A stretch of DNA of 64,000 nt, taken from positions 1 to 64,000 of IMG/VR virus record IMGVR_UViG_3300048893_000042. One strand, written 5' to 3'. The translations under genes were made by a program, and so were the position numbers. The stretch comes from a virus (taxonomy: Duplodnaviria > Caudoviricetes). The notes beneath the pieces were generated by a model. It did not search any database. It saw nothing but the letters and a program-made list of their open reading frames with translations, and was not told the origin of the DNA. Below, piece by piece: positions 63,302 to 64,000 of the stretch (positions are counted from its first letter, which is position 1; each line of letters begins with the position of its first letter).

Positions 63302-63400
63302 AGTTCCATCAGATGATGCACTATCCTGCAGGTGAAGTTGGTTCCCTGTAATACTTGGGGTTATTCAGTAATGACCCTCAAGTAATGGGAAGCACTGGTG
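63281..63400 (-). repeat. 120-bp element B (inverted partner of 45662-45781)
   Basis: Conserved blocks TCCCATTACTTGA, TACTGAATAACCCCAAGT, GGAACCAA, CACCTGCA, TGCAT and TGCTCCTCCG-4-CGGAGG. Confidence 0.85.
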
Positions 63401-63495
63401 AGAGGAGTGGCCCAATCCTCAAGTGCTCGATGCCCATCACTTGAGGCCCTCGGTCCCCCGCACCCAGTCTACTTGAGCGAGCACTTGATGAATAC

Positions 63496-64000
63496 TCAGG
63501 CCGGTGACTTCTTCTTCCGGTCACGCATCGTCTTGTTGAACCCACGTGCATCCGCCCGGCGCTTCTCCTCAGGCATGGCCGCCGGCTCGGACACTCGGAC
63601 CTCGGTCACCGCGAGGCCCGCCCTGATCTCCTCGAACTGTGCGTCCGTCACCGGCCCATACGGCACCTTGGCCGTCTTGTCACCGTCGATCTTGCGGGTG
63701 GCCACACCCCAGGTTGACCCCAACTCACAGTCCACCTTCATCGGCACAGACAGCTGGACCACATCACGCATCAGCTCAGAGGCTCGCCGGGCCTCGCCCA
63801 GGCTCTGGAAGCTGAACCCCAGCTCATCGTGCATCTGGATGCGGGGCACCAGACCCTCGCGCCAGCAGGCCCGCATTGCCAGCTTGGTCTGCCGGGCGGC
63901 GGACCCCTGGATCAGCCGGTTCATCGCCTTGTGCCCCCAGGCCCGCTTCAGCCGGCGCTCCTTGCCCCAGTGTTCCTGAGCGCTCGCCAGGGGTCGTGGT
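63496..64000 (-). CDS. DNA polymerase family A, C-terminal part (5' end beyond the window)
   Basis: HKAMNRLIQGSAA, motif C IQMHDEL, VPMKVD.E.G.TWG. Confidence 0.92.
   Translation of the reverse strand, partial: PRPLASAQEHWGKERRLKRAWGHKAMNRLIQGSAARQTKLAMRACWREGLVPRIQMHDELGFSFQSLGEARRASELMRDVVQLSVPMKVDCELGSTWGVATRKIDGDKTAKVPYGPVTDAQFEEIRAGLAVTEVRVSEPAAMPEEKRRADARGFNKTMRDRKKKSPA

Noticed and set aside
1-64000. Prophage or temperate lifestyle call
   Set aside because: No integrase, CI-like repressor, ParA or att/host junction was recognised in the window; cannot be decided

Overview
This window is most of a GC-rich tailed (siphovirus-like) phage genome, probably infecting an alphaproteobacterium (host is inference only). 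1-8240 (minus): replication and DNA-modification operon with an SSB-like protein, AEP primase, NUDIX, HAD phosphatase, UvrD-like helicase, HNH, a 5-hydroxymethyluracil DNA kinase (aGPT-Pplase1 family) and a PLP enzyme cut by the left edge. 8470-9960 (plus): SNF2 helicase. 9957-40187 (minus): late operon with lambda-type terminase, portal, ClpP protease, gpD and gpE-like head genes, tail genes with a -1 frameshifted chaperone, tape measure, several fibre/lectin proteins, a DUF3380 endolysin and membrane proteins. 40190-41188: non-coding, candidate cos region. 41189-63300: accessory genes, including two converging arrays (45.8-50.8 kb plus, 50.8-63.3 kb minus), each headed by one copy of a 120-bp inverted element. 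63496-end: C-terminus of a family A DNA polymerase. No integrase, repressor, tRNA, rRNA or CRISPR array was recognised. Highlights: thymidine hypermodification genes next to a lambda-type head module; twin inverted 120-bp elements plus a related dispersed ~49-nt intergenic motif; a Tad1/Acb2-like sponge candidate; a Topo VI-A-like protein and a circularly permuted GHKL ATPase; a ~300-nt hairpin-dense leader; a beta-module shared between capsid decoration and tail proteins. All family calls come from motif recognition by eye; no database searches were run.
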